The notes below the pieces were generated by a model, which was not told the DNA's origin, searched no databases, and saw nothing but the letters and a program-made list of their open reading frames with translations. Positions 25,329 to 36,615 of a stretch of 64,000 bases of DNA are shown piece by piece. Position 1 is the stretch's first letter; each line of letters begins with the position of its first letter. The stretch spans positions 620,001 to 684,000 of the forward strand of contig OZ037833.1 of assembly GCA_964035575.1 (NCBI GenBank), written 5' to 3'. The DNA comes from Rhynchopus sp. YZ270_cl-10. Lineage: Eukaryota. Both the position numbers and the translations under genes were made by a program.

Positions 25329-25366
25329 TATAAGATGATCCTAAGCCTCTCGTGCTTAGTCACCTT
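25329..25366. repeat. Short hairpin module family C (TAAGATGATCCTAAGCCTCTCGTGCTTAGTCACCTT), representative copy
   Basis: About 16 co-oriented copies: ~3517/5464 (split), 7559, 14862/19200 (split), 19610, 19921, 25329, 27727, 34559, 38677, 48645, 53858, 54091, 55465, 59822, 60009, 60218; CTAAGC/GCTTAG stem with CTCTCGT loop. Confidence 0.9.
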
Positions 25367-25988
25367 AAGAAAAAAAAGAGTGGGAATGGGGAAAGGAAAG
25401 CGATAGTAAGCAATTAGTTCGTTTTTTGTAGTTTCGACAATCACCTTGTCCGAGGACGGGTTCTGTACACAAAGTCGCCCGAAGGCAAATGAAAAAAAAA
25501 TTTTTTTTGGATAAATTGTTGGAGTAGTGGAGTTGCCTCTGGTTGTGTTGCCACAGGTTTGTGCAAATCTCCACTTTCCTTTGTTGTGAATCTGTGACCC
25601 CCCTCTTTCCTTCTCAGTTTAGCTTTAAATCAAATTTAAAGGGGAACTGGAGAGTGACAGGGAACAGGGGGGGAAAAAATAATAATAACAGCAAATAACA
25701 GAAAATGCCACTGACGTGAAGTGAGATGGGCGATGGGCCCTCACGCAGGACAAAAAAATAATCTAAAAAAAAAAAAAAGATGAAAAGAGCCTCTCTGCTC
25801 ACACCTTTATAAGAAAAAAACAATGCATGTTTTGGGTGAGCAATAAGTTGAGCATAAAAAATTTTCAAAAAAATACAACTCCGATTTTGTTCAAGGGTGA
25901 ATTCCTCATTCTTCTCCAGAAATCCTAAATCTGCTCAAAATAATGAACTCCACTATTTTTACTTTTATTTTTTGCGCCAATTCCGTCA

Positions 25989-27323
25989 TCAGAGAATCGA
26001 TAGGTAGAGTTCCGTGACGTCCGAGATGGCGGACTCGCTGAAGAACGAGATATAGTCTGAGTCATCCCCCAACGTCTCCGAGTCTGCGCTGTCCTCTGAC
26101 GACACGTAGCACCGCTGTACTCTGGGCTCAGAGGAGCTTTCATCCTGTGACGACGTCCTGGAAATACCCCACAGGCTCGACTCATCACAGTCATCGTTGT
26201 CGTCGTCGCTGTCGTCGTTGTCATCCAGCTCGACTTCCATTTCTGACCCCACCTCCACCATCCGAATGCCTTCTTTGCGCAGCTGGGTACGAAGATAGTT
26301 GGGTCCATGGAAAAGGCCGCTGGAGGAGGAGGAGGAGATGCACTGGGAGCGGGAGCGTACCGCACGGTGCTCGCGGACCATCGATGCGTCGTTGAGGCCC
26401 TCCGTCATCGAGAAGCCAGACAGCATCTCCTCCAGCGCAAGAATCGTCTTCGCGAACATATCATCAACGTCCAGGCTGTAGTGCAGTGTGTTCACCATGG
26501 TTACCACCACATGGCCGATGTACTGAATCACACAGGTTTCCGGCCTGCGGAGAAAGCCAAGGTCTTGGAAGGTGAGTGCCACATGGCGAAGGGTGGTGTA
26601 CCCGGCACGCACGGCTGCGGCAATGTGCAGGAGATAGTCCTGCCTCAGCAGGCTGGCGTTCTTTTCCATGAAGGCGCTGACCCCAGCGCTCTGCGACGCG
26701 ACGTGGTCGGCTGCCCACTGCTCGGTGTGCATGAATCTGCAGGAGGAAAAATCGCAGTGGCAGGAACGCATGCTGTTGCACCAGCGGAGTCCCTCCTTAG
26801 CTTGCTTGCTGGTGATGGCGTGGTTGGTCTGCTTGGTGGTGGTGTTGGCGGTACTGGTGTTGGCGTTGGCGTTCTGGTTGGTCTTGTGGGTGTTGGTGTT
26901 GGTGTTGGTGTTGGTGGTGTTCGTCTTGTGGTTGATCTTGTGGGTGGTGGTCTTGTCGTCGGTGTTACCGTTGTTGTTGTTGGTGTTGTTGTTGCTGTTG
27001 TTAGCCCTGTAGTTGGTCTTATTGGTGTTACTGTTGTTGGTCATGTTGTTGGTCTTGTGGGCGGTGGTGTTGGTGTTGGTGTTGTAAGTCCCGTAGTACA
27101 TCTTGTCGGTGGTCTTGTTGTTGTTGGTGTGACCGTTGTTGGTGTTGGTGTTGTTGTCGGTCTTGCTGTTCCACCAGCGAGGCTCCTGGTTGCTGTTTTT
27201 GCTGCTGCTGTAACTGTTGTAGCTGTTGTGCGTGGTTCTGGTGTTGACGTACGCGTATGTGGCCACCCCTGAGACCTTGTTGTTCGCGTTTGAGGCACGG
27301 CTCTGCATTGTCGTGTGAGTCAT
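25989..27323 (-). CDS. Hypothetical protein (444 aa): Asn/Thr-rich N-terminus, CCCH-like zinc finger, acidic Ser-rich tail
   Basis: Long GC-rich ORF with ATG start; motif RWCNSMRSCHCDFSSCRFMH. Confidence 0.8.
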   Translation of the reverse strand: MTHTTMQSRASNANNKVSGVATYAYVNTRTTHNSYNSYSSSKNSNQEPRWWNSKTDNNTNTNNGHTNNNKTTDKMYYGTYNTNTNTTAHKTNNMTNNSNTNKTNYRANNSNNNTNNNNGNTDDKTTTHKINHKTNTTNTNTNTNTHKTNQNANANTSTANTTTKQTNHAITSKQAKEGLRWCNSMRSCHCDFSSCRFMHTEQWAADHVASQSAGVSAFMEKNASLLRQDYLLHIAAAVRAGYTTLRHVALTFQDLGFLRRPETCVIQYIGHVVVTMVNTLHYSLDVDDMFAKTILALEEMLSGFSMTEGLNDASMVREHRAVRSRSQCISSSSSSGLFHGPNYLRTQLRKEGIRMVEVGSEMEVELDDNDDSDDDNDDCDESSLWGISRTSSQDESSSEPRVQRCYVSSEDSADSETLGDDSDYISFFSESAISDVTELYLSIL

Positions 27324-30300
27324 TTTCTTTTTCTTTTCTTTTTTGTTGAGTTTTGTGTGAAGCTGAATTGAGGTGTGGGTTCGGAACAGAAATATGAAAT
27401 TGTTGAAAATACAAAACAGCCTACACTATGCACATCAGAACCAAACCATACCCCCCACGCAATACATCGTGGGCAATCCGTCTGATATACCCCACTCCAC
27501 CCCAGAACGTTCCGAGGGAGAAGTCATAACGGTTGAATATCGGTGGTGTTCTGTATTCGCGTTGCTCTGAAATATCGGGAGGGCGCTGGGTGTGCTTTCT
27601 TTTTCAAATATAAATGTGTTTATGATCTACTATTGACACAAAAAAAGGGGGCTTCGGAGAAAAACAAAAACTAAAGTAGCTATTTGACGACGGGTGAGGG
27701 AGGGAGGGAGGGGGGAGGAATAGGTATATAAGATGACCCTGCTTCCTGCTTGGTCATTTTCCACAAGGGCGTTGTGTGGGGATAATGTCATTTTCCCCCC
27801 CAGCCCGAGTTCGTAATTTTTTTGTAGTTTCGACAATCACCTTGTCCGAGGACGGGTTCTGTACACAAAGTCGCCCGAAGGCAAATGAATTTCAAAGGGG
27901 GGGTTATTTTTGATAAATTGTTGGAGTAGTGTAGTTGTCTCTGGTTGTGTTGCCACAGTTTTTGTGCAAATATCCACTTTCAAAAAAAAAAATTTTTTTT
28001 TTTTGGCACGACGTGGCGTTTCCTATCGTTGTCCCATACCACACCTCACTCTGTGGGGGAGATCAGTACATTTCGCACAACTCACTCTGTATGAGGCGAT
28101 GAGGGGCACGTGGTCCTCGGCCGACTCATAACAAATGTATCACATATTCGAAGCAACAAAACAAAAAACAAAAATGTAAGCTCGCAGAAACTTTTTTGAA
28201 AAAAAGATCCACCCAAGCTATGCGCTTTTTGAGGGGGAAAAAAAAATGGCTTTTGTCTTGTATCAATGTGCTCTCTCCCCTTTTGTCTCTTTGCACTGCA
28301 AAGTGCAACGTCTTCCTGGAAGAAACGAAAAAAAAAAAACTCGGGAGCAAATGGTTTTTTTTTGTTCTTCTTCTCTCGGACGGAATAGAAGGGAGGGGGG
28401 GTTTTTTTTTGACAAAAAACCAGAATTTGTCTCGCACTCTAGAAAGGTTGTAGAAAGGCGTCATATTGTATTTTCTCTGAGAGATTTGTGACTATCAGGA
28501 AGTTAGTTTTTTTCGCAGAAAGCAATACGGAAAAGAAAGGGAAGGATAAAGAGAAGCTGGAAGCGCAAACGTCTCGCCGTATCATCGGCGGACGCAGGGA
28601 TTTGGTTCTCCGAGATAAAGTTGAAAAAGTTAGATTCATATACTTTCAGTTCACAGAATTGAAAGGTATTAGATAAACTTGAAAAAGTTGAAAAAGTGGA
28701 AGGGGAAAAAAAAATGACGTCCTTTTTGTGTACCTAAATAACCCCCCCTGTTCAGTTGGTACGCATCTCACGTCATGAAACAAAGTGTTCTAATAAAAGA
28801 AATGTAAGTATGTGACCTAGTCTCTCTCTGCTTGCTTGGGGGTCACTAATCGTTTTTTTTCAGCATTGAATTGTTTCATATACTAACTATTCTACTGAAT
28901 AGAAGGTATAATAAGCATTGAAGAAAAAACTTTGAGAAATGTTAGTATTCATGCGGACCCTTTTCTACTAGGGCACCCAAAATACGTTGGATTGTGGACA
29001 ATGCTGTTTGCCAAAGAATTGAATCAAAGTCCCAAAAACGGTACAAGGCCCAATATATTTGACAATCAGGGTTCAAGAGAACAAAATTTTGACTTGAAAT
29101 ACAAAATAGTTGTTTCATATACATTCTTTTTCTAATGAAAAGAAGGTACAGAGGGTGCTAAAGAAAATAGAAAACGACTTCAGGATATGACAGTTAAATG
29201 AAAGGAAACACTTTTTCGTTTTATCGCACCGCAAAAGGTTTGTGTTTTTCACTGATGAATGTGAGTGCTGTGTATGTTAGTGGAAAAACCAATACGCTAA
29301 AGCGGTCACGCACCATCCGTCGTTTCCCATTTCTATTCGTCAATGCTTGATAACACAACAAAAAAACCCTCTCGTGACAGCGTACCTTGGTACAAAATGA
29401 CGTCGGAATGAAAGAGAAATTGAAGATGAACATGTCTCTTGTGTACGCACATCAAAAAAAGGGGGGGAACAACGGCGTATTTTGCACCCAACGGGGAGGT
29501 ACAAATTGTATACACGTGTTCCAACAAAATGTATCAAAATAAGAATAATCACGAAACAGAGATGGAGGAGGGAAGTGCAGACCACTTGCGTGGATGGAGG
29601 TGGCTGACCGTTTTCGTACCAAAGAGGGTTGACCCAAACGTAGTGTCATTGCACACATTTTTTTGCACACCCTTTTGAAAGGAGTTTCTTGTATCAAAAA
29701 ATGGCACCCTGAAGAGGGGCTGAAGAGGCTTGTGATTAAGTGAAGTGTGGGACGGGGAAAACCCTAACCCTAAAGTTTCACGGGTGTTGCGGAATACAGC
29801 AGACAAATGCCTGAGACGATGGCAACGTCACTTTGTTTGTGCGTAAAGTGTAATAAATATTTCTGTGGTGATATTTTTATTACTCCCACTGACTACCTGG
29901 CAGTGAAGAGGAAACCTCTTTGAGGCCAAAAAAAAAAGAAGGTTTGCAGCAAGCAAAAAAAGGCTTTGCTCAAAATGTACATCATGGTTTGAAACACAAA
30001 GCCCTCTCGTGACAGTAGGAACACACACAAGAGAGCAATTTTGATAATGTTTTTTTCTCTCGTGTGAGCTCCACGCAAGCCGTTCCTCGTCTCTCGTTTT
30101 GTGGATACCGCTACTACGTCCTCCTCCCACCTCCACTCATCAGGGAACGAATGGGAATCAAGGGAAACCCAGGGTAGTTAGGCCCGGGCGAGGTTTGGGC
30201 CAGGCTGCATCCCTGCATCAGAGGGTTTTATTTGAATTTTTTTGACGATGTGTGGGAGGGTATGTCTCCGTACAAAGGAATGAACCATCGATTTCAAATC

Positions 30301-30581
30301 CGTGCTTTTCAACCCTGAGCAGCGTTGCGTGTAGGTCATTCTTCGAGACGAGGCACACCCACAACGGCCTATCCGCTTCAGGTCAATGAGCAACAACAAA
30401 GTCAGGGGTCTTGCTGTGTATAACAATGACCTAGATATGCATCACAACCAACCTTTAGGTCAGTGCAATGACTATCATACGGTATAGCTGGCTTGAGGTG
30501 AAACCCCAACCAGGCAAGCCCGACGTAAGGCCAGCTATATTAGCACCAGCCAGAATGCGGTACACAGCTCTGCAACGCTGT

Positions 30582-33500
30582 TCATGTCTTCTGACGCATA
30601 TCGGATGCTGGGATGTCCTTCGAACAGGTTCCGTCCGTCCTGTAACAAAAATACAAAGTATGCAAATGATTCCCCTAAACACATACCAATTAACTGTAAA
30701 GCGTCCGTCTCTCTGGCGTTCCACGACCTGCGCGGGGAACCAGTCGTCGCCGTAGCGTGCTTCGACGTGGTCGGCAGGGGAGGGGGTCCATCGGGCTTGC
30801 TCTGCGCTGCTTGAGAGGTCGACGGAGGAGAGTTGGTAGGCGTCGGTGTAGTAGGAGTAGGAGGCTGCTGCGCTGTGCCTGGCTGTGGCTGTGGCTGTGG
30901 CTGTGGCACCAACCTCTGCCAGCGGCTGCAGGGGCTGCTGTTGCTGCTGCTGCTGTTTTCCCCGTAGTGAGTGCTCCTGCTGCACGCCTGCTTGGGAGTG
31001 TGGTATGCGTTCGTCGACGCTTGCTTGTTGTGCAAGGCGTCCTGCAACAGGTGCATCAGCGTTGTCCCACATATCGTCGGCCCGGTCCGTCTCCTTCGCC
31101 TGGTACACAACACCGCCCGTAGTGTGCGCATTCCTCCTGCGTTTAATGACGCACACCACCGCAACAAGGCTGCAGCAGAACAGACTGTTGGGGAAAAAAT
31201 AGGTAAAAAAAAAGGGTTCGACAAAATGGCCGGAGTTTCTCTCATAATTCGCCCACCTTTTTTGACATACATAATGAGGCAAGCGATGGCGATAGCAAAC
31301 CAGGGGTCGATGCTGTCGTCGTCTTCGGGTGCAGCGGTGCTGGTCTGTGCGTATGGTGGCACTGCTGTGAGGGAGGTGGCTCGCATCTCGGGGACGAAGT
31401 CTGGGTCTGGGAAGAGGGCAGAGAGCGCAGGGCTGTCGGGTGCGTTTAGCATCGCGTTGTAGGCGCTGTTGCGTGCAGCGTCGAGAGAGGCACCGTCCGT
31501 GGGCAACACATCCCACAGCACGTAGGCACGCTCCTGCTCGGGGCTCTGCAGGACGTCTCCGGTGCGCGCATCCGCCATTGCCGCCCCAGACACACATCCC
31601 TCCACACCCGAAACATCGGCAGGAAACAATTCGTCCACAAACAGTGCTACCGGGCAGACGTACAGAATCTGCAGTGTCAGAAAGGTGAAGGGGGGGGGGG
31701 GGGGGTAGGGGGTACGACTCCAGCCATTTTTTGCGCACGGAAAATTCATTTGGCATTATCTGGTCATCTCCAAGGCAACTGCGGGTGAAAAACACCCTCA
31801 GAGTGGGTCACAGGGGGCCTGTGGGTCGAAAAACGACCCAGAAGCCACCCCAGAATACAAAAAAATGGAAAAAAATAGTGAAAAAACGGCTTTTTTCACG
31901 TTTTGGCCACTTTGGGCAAAATAGCGATTTTTCAAGAAAAAAATCAAAAACCGGGATATTTTTTGACATCACAAAGCCTCCTTTGGCACAAATATACCCC
32001 AAAAGTGGCCTGTGAGTCCATTCCAACCTGTTTTGGACATATTTGACACTTTTGGAAGTGTTTTTTTTTTTTGTATTCTGTAACCTCTCTCTATTTTACG
32101 GCAGGTGTGACCGGTTGAGGTGATACTTCCGGACTGAGGAAGGGCATTCTTTTACTTTTTTTTCTGTGTGTTTGTTTTCTTGTTGTAGTCTTTTTTGGTG
32201 AAGGGGCTTGGCCGACGACACTGAGAACCTCTTTGGTTCATAGCTGTTAACGACGTCTGGTCCTACCTAGCTGTACACTCTAATTCTAAAAATAAAATAA
32301 AATAAAACCAATAGGCAAAGGGGGAGGGGGGAGGCTAAAAGCCAAACAAAAGTAAAGAATGAAAAAGAAAAACTCAAGTGCTCTGGGACGGCCGCGAGTT
32401 CCTGCTCCGCTTTAGGCCCCGCGGTTTTTTTGGTGTTTTTAGGTCAAAAAAATGCCCAAGACGTCCCCAAGACATCCCCAAGACACTTTGCACACCCCCT
32501 GTTACGGTCATATTTTTTTCGTTTTTTTGCCTGAAACCCCCAAAATACCCCTCCCGGACCCCACATAGTCCCGAATATCCATCACACACCCACTCAGAGT
32601 GAGTAGAAGCACCCCAAAAAAAATATTTTTTAAAGCCCTAAAATTGTGCTTCAGTTTCGGCAGCATCCATGTTGAAGTTGAAGGGCTTTAAAAAATATTT
32701 TTTTTGGGGTGCTTCTACTCACTCTGAGTGGGTGTGTGATGGATATTCGGGACTATGTGGGGTCCGGGAGGGGTATTTTGGGGGTTTCAGGCAAAAAAAC
32801 GAAAAAAATATGACCGTAACAGGGGGTGTGCAAAGTGTCTTGGGGATGTCTTGGGGACGTCTTGGGCATTTTTTTGACCTAAAAACACCAAAAAAACACT
32901 TCCAAAAGTGTCAAATATGTCCAAAACAGGTTGGAATGGACTCACAGGCCACTTTTGGGGTATATTTGTGCCAAAGGAGGCTTTGTGATGTCAAAAAATA
33001 TCCCGGTTTTTGATTTTTTTCTTGAAAAATCGCTATTTTGCCCAAAGTGGCCAAAACGTGAAAAAAGCCGTTTTTTCACTATTTTTTTCCATTTTTTTGT
33101 ATTCTGGGGTGGCTTCTGGGTCGTTTTTCGACCCACAGGCCCCCTGTGACCCACTCTGAGGGTGTTTTTCACCCGCAGTTGCCTTGGAGATGGCCAGATA
33201 ATGCCAAATGAATTTTCCGTGCGTTTGGTCCCAGCCAAAATGGCTGGAGTCGTATCCCCTAGGGGGGGGGGGGGGAAAGGGAGGGTTTTTTTCATCCCCA
33301 ATCTCACATACCACAATCGCCTTAACCGCCATCACCCTCCGTGTTGCGTTTGCGTACTCAGCAATTGCTCTGAGGAGGGGTCCTGCGAGCTCGCCTCTGA
33401 GCAGCGTTCTGAAGAGCACACGAACCTTTATGAGGACAGCTTTGCCTTGGGTGAGCGCCTCGGGCGCGTACGTGCCGTTCGGTACGTTGCTACTGGGCGG

Positions 33501-33791
33501 AGTGGCGGTGGCCACCACGGGCACTGCTGTACGCGGCACCCCAGTGGTTGGTGCATCAGTGTCATTCTGATCGCCACGTGGCACTAACGTTGCAGGCAGT
33601 GCCGGCACATCTGTCGCAACCACTGCAACAGCCTTCGTCTCAGTCACTTCTGCATCCGCCACCTCGGCACTCAAACTCAAAGTTACGCTAGGGATGTTGC
33701 CCGTTCCACCCCCGGCTGTGGGGGGTGCGGGTGACCCCCTTCGTTGACATAAACACACCCCCACAAGGCTGAAGAGCAACAATCTTCGCAT
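30582..33791 (-). CDS. Type I membrane protein (477 aa) with a cytoplasmic Tudor/Agenet-like domain; exons 33791-33312, 31668-31271, 31184-30687, 30639-30582
   Basis: Signal peptide MRRLLLFSLVGVCLC; three GTATGT..CAG introns with compatible phases give a 1434-nt open frame; TM WFAIAIACLIILFCCSLVAVVCVI followed by KRRR; C-terminus DHVEARYGDDWFPAQVVERQRDGRFTVNWTDGTCSKDIPASDMR. Confidence 0.85.
31708..33259. mobile_element. Foldback-type TIR element (~570-bp arms, ~40-bp spacer) in intron 1
   Basis: Termini GGGGGTACGACTCCAGCCATTTT / AAAATGGCTGGAGTCGTATCCCC flanked by TA; left arm 31708-~32062 plus ~32426-32640 mirrors right arm ~32680-33259. Confidence 0.9.
32063..32425 (-). mobile_element. Probable poly(A)-tailed retroposed insert in the left foldback arm
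   Basis: Absent from the mirror arm (GGAAGTGTTTTTTGG is uninterrupted there); begins with an extended T run on +; T tract present on both sides. Confidence 0.55.
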
Positions 33792-33959
33792 CTAAGAAAA
33801 ACAATCTGTGTACACCTTTGAGATGGGGGGTTAGAGGTTGACTAGGGTCGAACGAAGGGACGGGGCTGTCCTAGCATATTCTTTTCCTTTTGGGAGATCC
33901 TCCTTCCATGGCTGCGCACGGGCAGGCGGGATGCGTGGAAACGGCAACTGACGGTATGG

Positions 33960-34345
33960 GGGGTGATGAGGAAGGCATCTGAGCCACCTGGTGGCGCTGC
34001 ACAGATTAGTGTAGCAGAAGACGGCTTTGTATGATCGGCTCGACAAGGTCTCTGCGTTCGGAGAGCTGCTCATATCGCGCGACTTGCCCCTGCCGGGTCC
34101 GCGTTCCACGCTGTCGGACGCCGGGGTGCAAATACTCGTTGACAAGTACAAAGGGTGCCATGAGGGGCTTCAACATTGCAACCGTTACGGTAGCGGTGAT
34201 TTCCTCCCCCATTTTCTTAACTATGAGAGCGCATGGGGCACCGATAGAAGAAGTGGTGCGCGGAGGGGACGGGGGGCAGCCCCTGACGATGGCCTACATG
34301 GAAGGATGCCACTATTTGTGCATTCTCCCACAGAAGAGGTGAAGG
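33960..34345 (+). pseudogene. Possible degraded coding fragment (weak ankyrin-like stretch)
   Basis: GC-rich; frames with a stop and a shift; GAPIEEVVRGGDGGQPLTMAYMEG loosely resembles an ankyrin repeat; strand uncertain. Confidence 0.2.
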
Positions 34346-35283
34346 ATTCGCAGAGGGTGCCAGACAACCGGGGAGTCAGGAGGGACAAAGGTGGCGACAG
34401 AAGAGAGGTGGGTGGTAAGTGTGGGGAAGAGAGAGAGAAAAGAGCCTTTTTTTTTTTTTTTTGAGATGATTTGAAAGATAATTTTTTTTGTATAGGAAGC
34501 GCTGCTCCCCTTCGCATGCAAGAAAGAAGGGTATCGTTTGAAGAAAAGAAGATATTTTATAAGATGATCCTAAGCCTCGCAGTGCTTAGTCAAAAAAAAG
34601 TGAATTTTTGATAACGCGCAGACACCTCAAAGACGGATGCAGGCACGTGAAAAAGAAAAAAAAGTTAAACCGGGCTTAACAACGGTGAAACCACAAGTAA
34701 AACAAGGCAAGTCATTTACTCCATTGGTACAAAAAAAACTAGACACCATCCTCCACCAACTGATCTTTGATAATAATAAAAATAACAGTGTTTTTTCATT
34801 GGACACCAAATAGGGGTAAAATCTGGCGGTGAAAGGATTCAAAGGGAAAATACTGTTATACACGATCTGAACGTTGGCTTTCTTTTCTGTTTTTTTTTGT
34901 CTAATTTTCTCAATACACTACGCATTCGGGAGAGAAAAAAACATCACATGCCTTTTCAACACCATTGCCGCTTTCATCACTTATCTTGATCAAAAAGGAC
35001 GTGACTAGCCACAATGTCACACCCATGTGGCTCAGGACTTGTCATACGGGATTTCCAAGCATGCACAGTAGGTAGTTGGGAGAGAGGTACCTTGGAGACA
35101 TAGCTTGTGAGAGGGCTAATTTCGGGTGCAGTTCTCTGCTATTTTGCTGACTCTAAAAAATGCGTCAATTTTTCCGAAGGGTGATGTGGTTTTCCCCTTC
35201 TGGAGAAATTGCCAGCACCCTGCAACAAAGCAAACAAAGGGCTCTTCCGAGCCTGGACAAAACAGGCATACTATTTTTGTAAA

Positions 35284-35329
35284 GGTTGGAGTGTTCACCT
35301 ATCGTAGGGAACGTGAGCTGGGTTTAGAC
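35284..35329 (+). pseudogene. Isolated ~45-nt fragment of cytoplasmic LSU rRNA (domain V)
   Basis: TGTTCACC..AGGGAACGTGAGCTGGGTTTAGAC matches the highly conserved eukaryotic 28S motif; the expected CGTCGTGAGACAGG continuation is absent. Confidence 0.7.
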
Positions 35330-36581
35330 GAAAAGAACAAATAAAAAAAAACTGTCTGTAAAATGAGTGATAGTTGGTAGATCACAAAAGAGAAAAAAAG
35401 TAACATCACAAAAGATTCACCCCTTTACTCTCGTCTCTTTTTGTGGTTACAGTTGCTTTTGAGGTGCTACCCTATTCACTCAATGGGGGTGAAATAAAAA
35501 AACTAAATTTCTCAAAAAAAATAAAAATACGGAGGTGGGTAAAGAATACAGTGAAGTTGATAGTGCAAAAAAAAAAGTACGTTGCCTTTTTTTTTTGACC
35601 AGCCCCACTGTGTATTAAGAGAGTTGCTAAATAGGGACAAAAGGGAAGAAAAGCGTCTGAAACTTTGAATCCCATCCTGCTATCAGACCCTCAAAGAACA
35701 CTATCGCCATGGAGAGGAAAATAAAACACTTCTAAAAAAGTGTCTGACCTTTTTGTTTGAAAACTTGGTTGTATTAGTGTAGCCACCCTAGAGTGTGCTC
35801 CACTATTTATTTATTTTTTTTTTGCAAGGCTTCTCATAACAAAACATTTGCTTTTGCTAAATTATTGGAGTAGTGTAGTTGCCTCTGGTTGTGTTGCCAC
35901 AGTTTTTTGTGCAAATCTCCACTTTTTTTAACCGATTACCTAGCGAGTAGACGGGGTTGAACGTTATTGATAGACACGTGGTGTGCCTACAACGCTTTCC
36001 CTGTTGCTGCCGAGTAATACGGTAACAGTTTGATAATTATTATATAAACGTATTGGAGGGGGAAGAAAAGGTGGGCTAAAAAAAAAAAAACGATATTATT
36101 TTTGTGTGTTCTTTTTAATTTAAAAAAAAACGGCAGTGGCAAAAGTAAGAGACACACTCAATCGATCCCACAAAAAGTGAAGTTGCTAAAAACGTGACCA
36201 CCTCTAAGAGAGGCTGTCACGAACAATACCCCCTTCAGACAAAACAGATTTTAAGACATCCCCCATCACCTTTCAGGAAAGACAAAAAACAGAGCTGCAT
36301 AGCTTAGTTTTGATATGAATAACCTTAGCCGCTCGTGTTGCCTCGAGGGTTGGGACGCCGACAGCGAGCAAATTACAGTTGACAGAAACATGAAAAAAAG
36401 AACGTTAAAAAAAAAGTTGACTGTGAAATACAAAAAGCCCTCTCGTGAACAGTGCACCTTTGGTACAAATGACCGGCTGTACCAGGGGGTGGACACCCAA
36501 CCATGCAGTCCTACATCCATTTCGTGGTTTACATCTGATATGAAAAAAGAGAGGGTTTAAAATACCCCCGCAAACCGATCA

Positions 36582-36615
<34 letters not shown>

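Noticed and set aside
25329..25366. Hairpin modules as HDV-like ribozymes or tRNAs (7-nt CTCTCGT loop; GAGAGG..GGTTCA on minus)
   Set aside because: Could not build the P1/P2/P4 pseudoknot or a cloverleaf; they fold as simple hairpins. Remote tRNA/SINE ancestry is not excluded.
26307..27272. 321-aa plus-strand Val/Gly-rich ORF
   Set aside because: Antisense shadow of the Asn/Thr-rich minus-strand CDS; the same applies to plus ORFs at 40186, 42106, 51390, 60472 and 62873.
29761..29773. CCCTAACCCTAA telomere-like motif
   Set aside because: Only two units; expected by chance.
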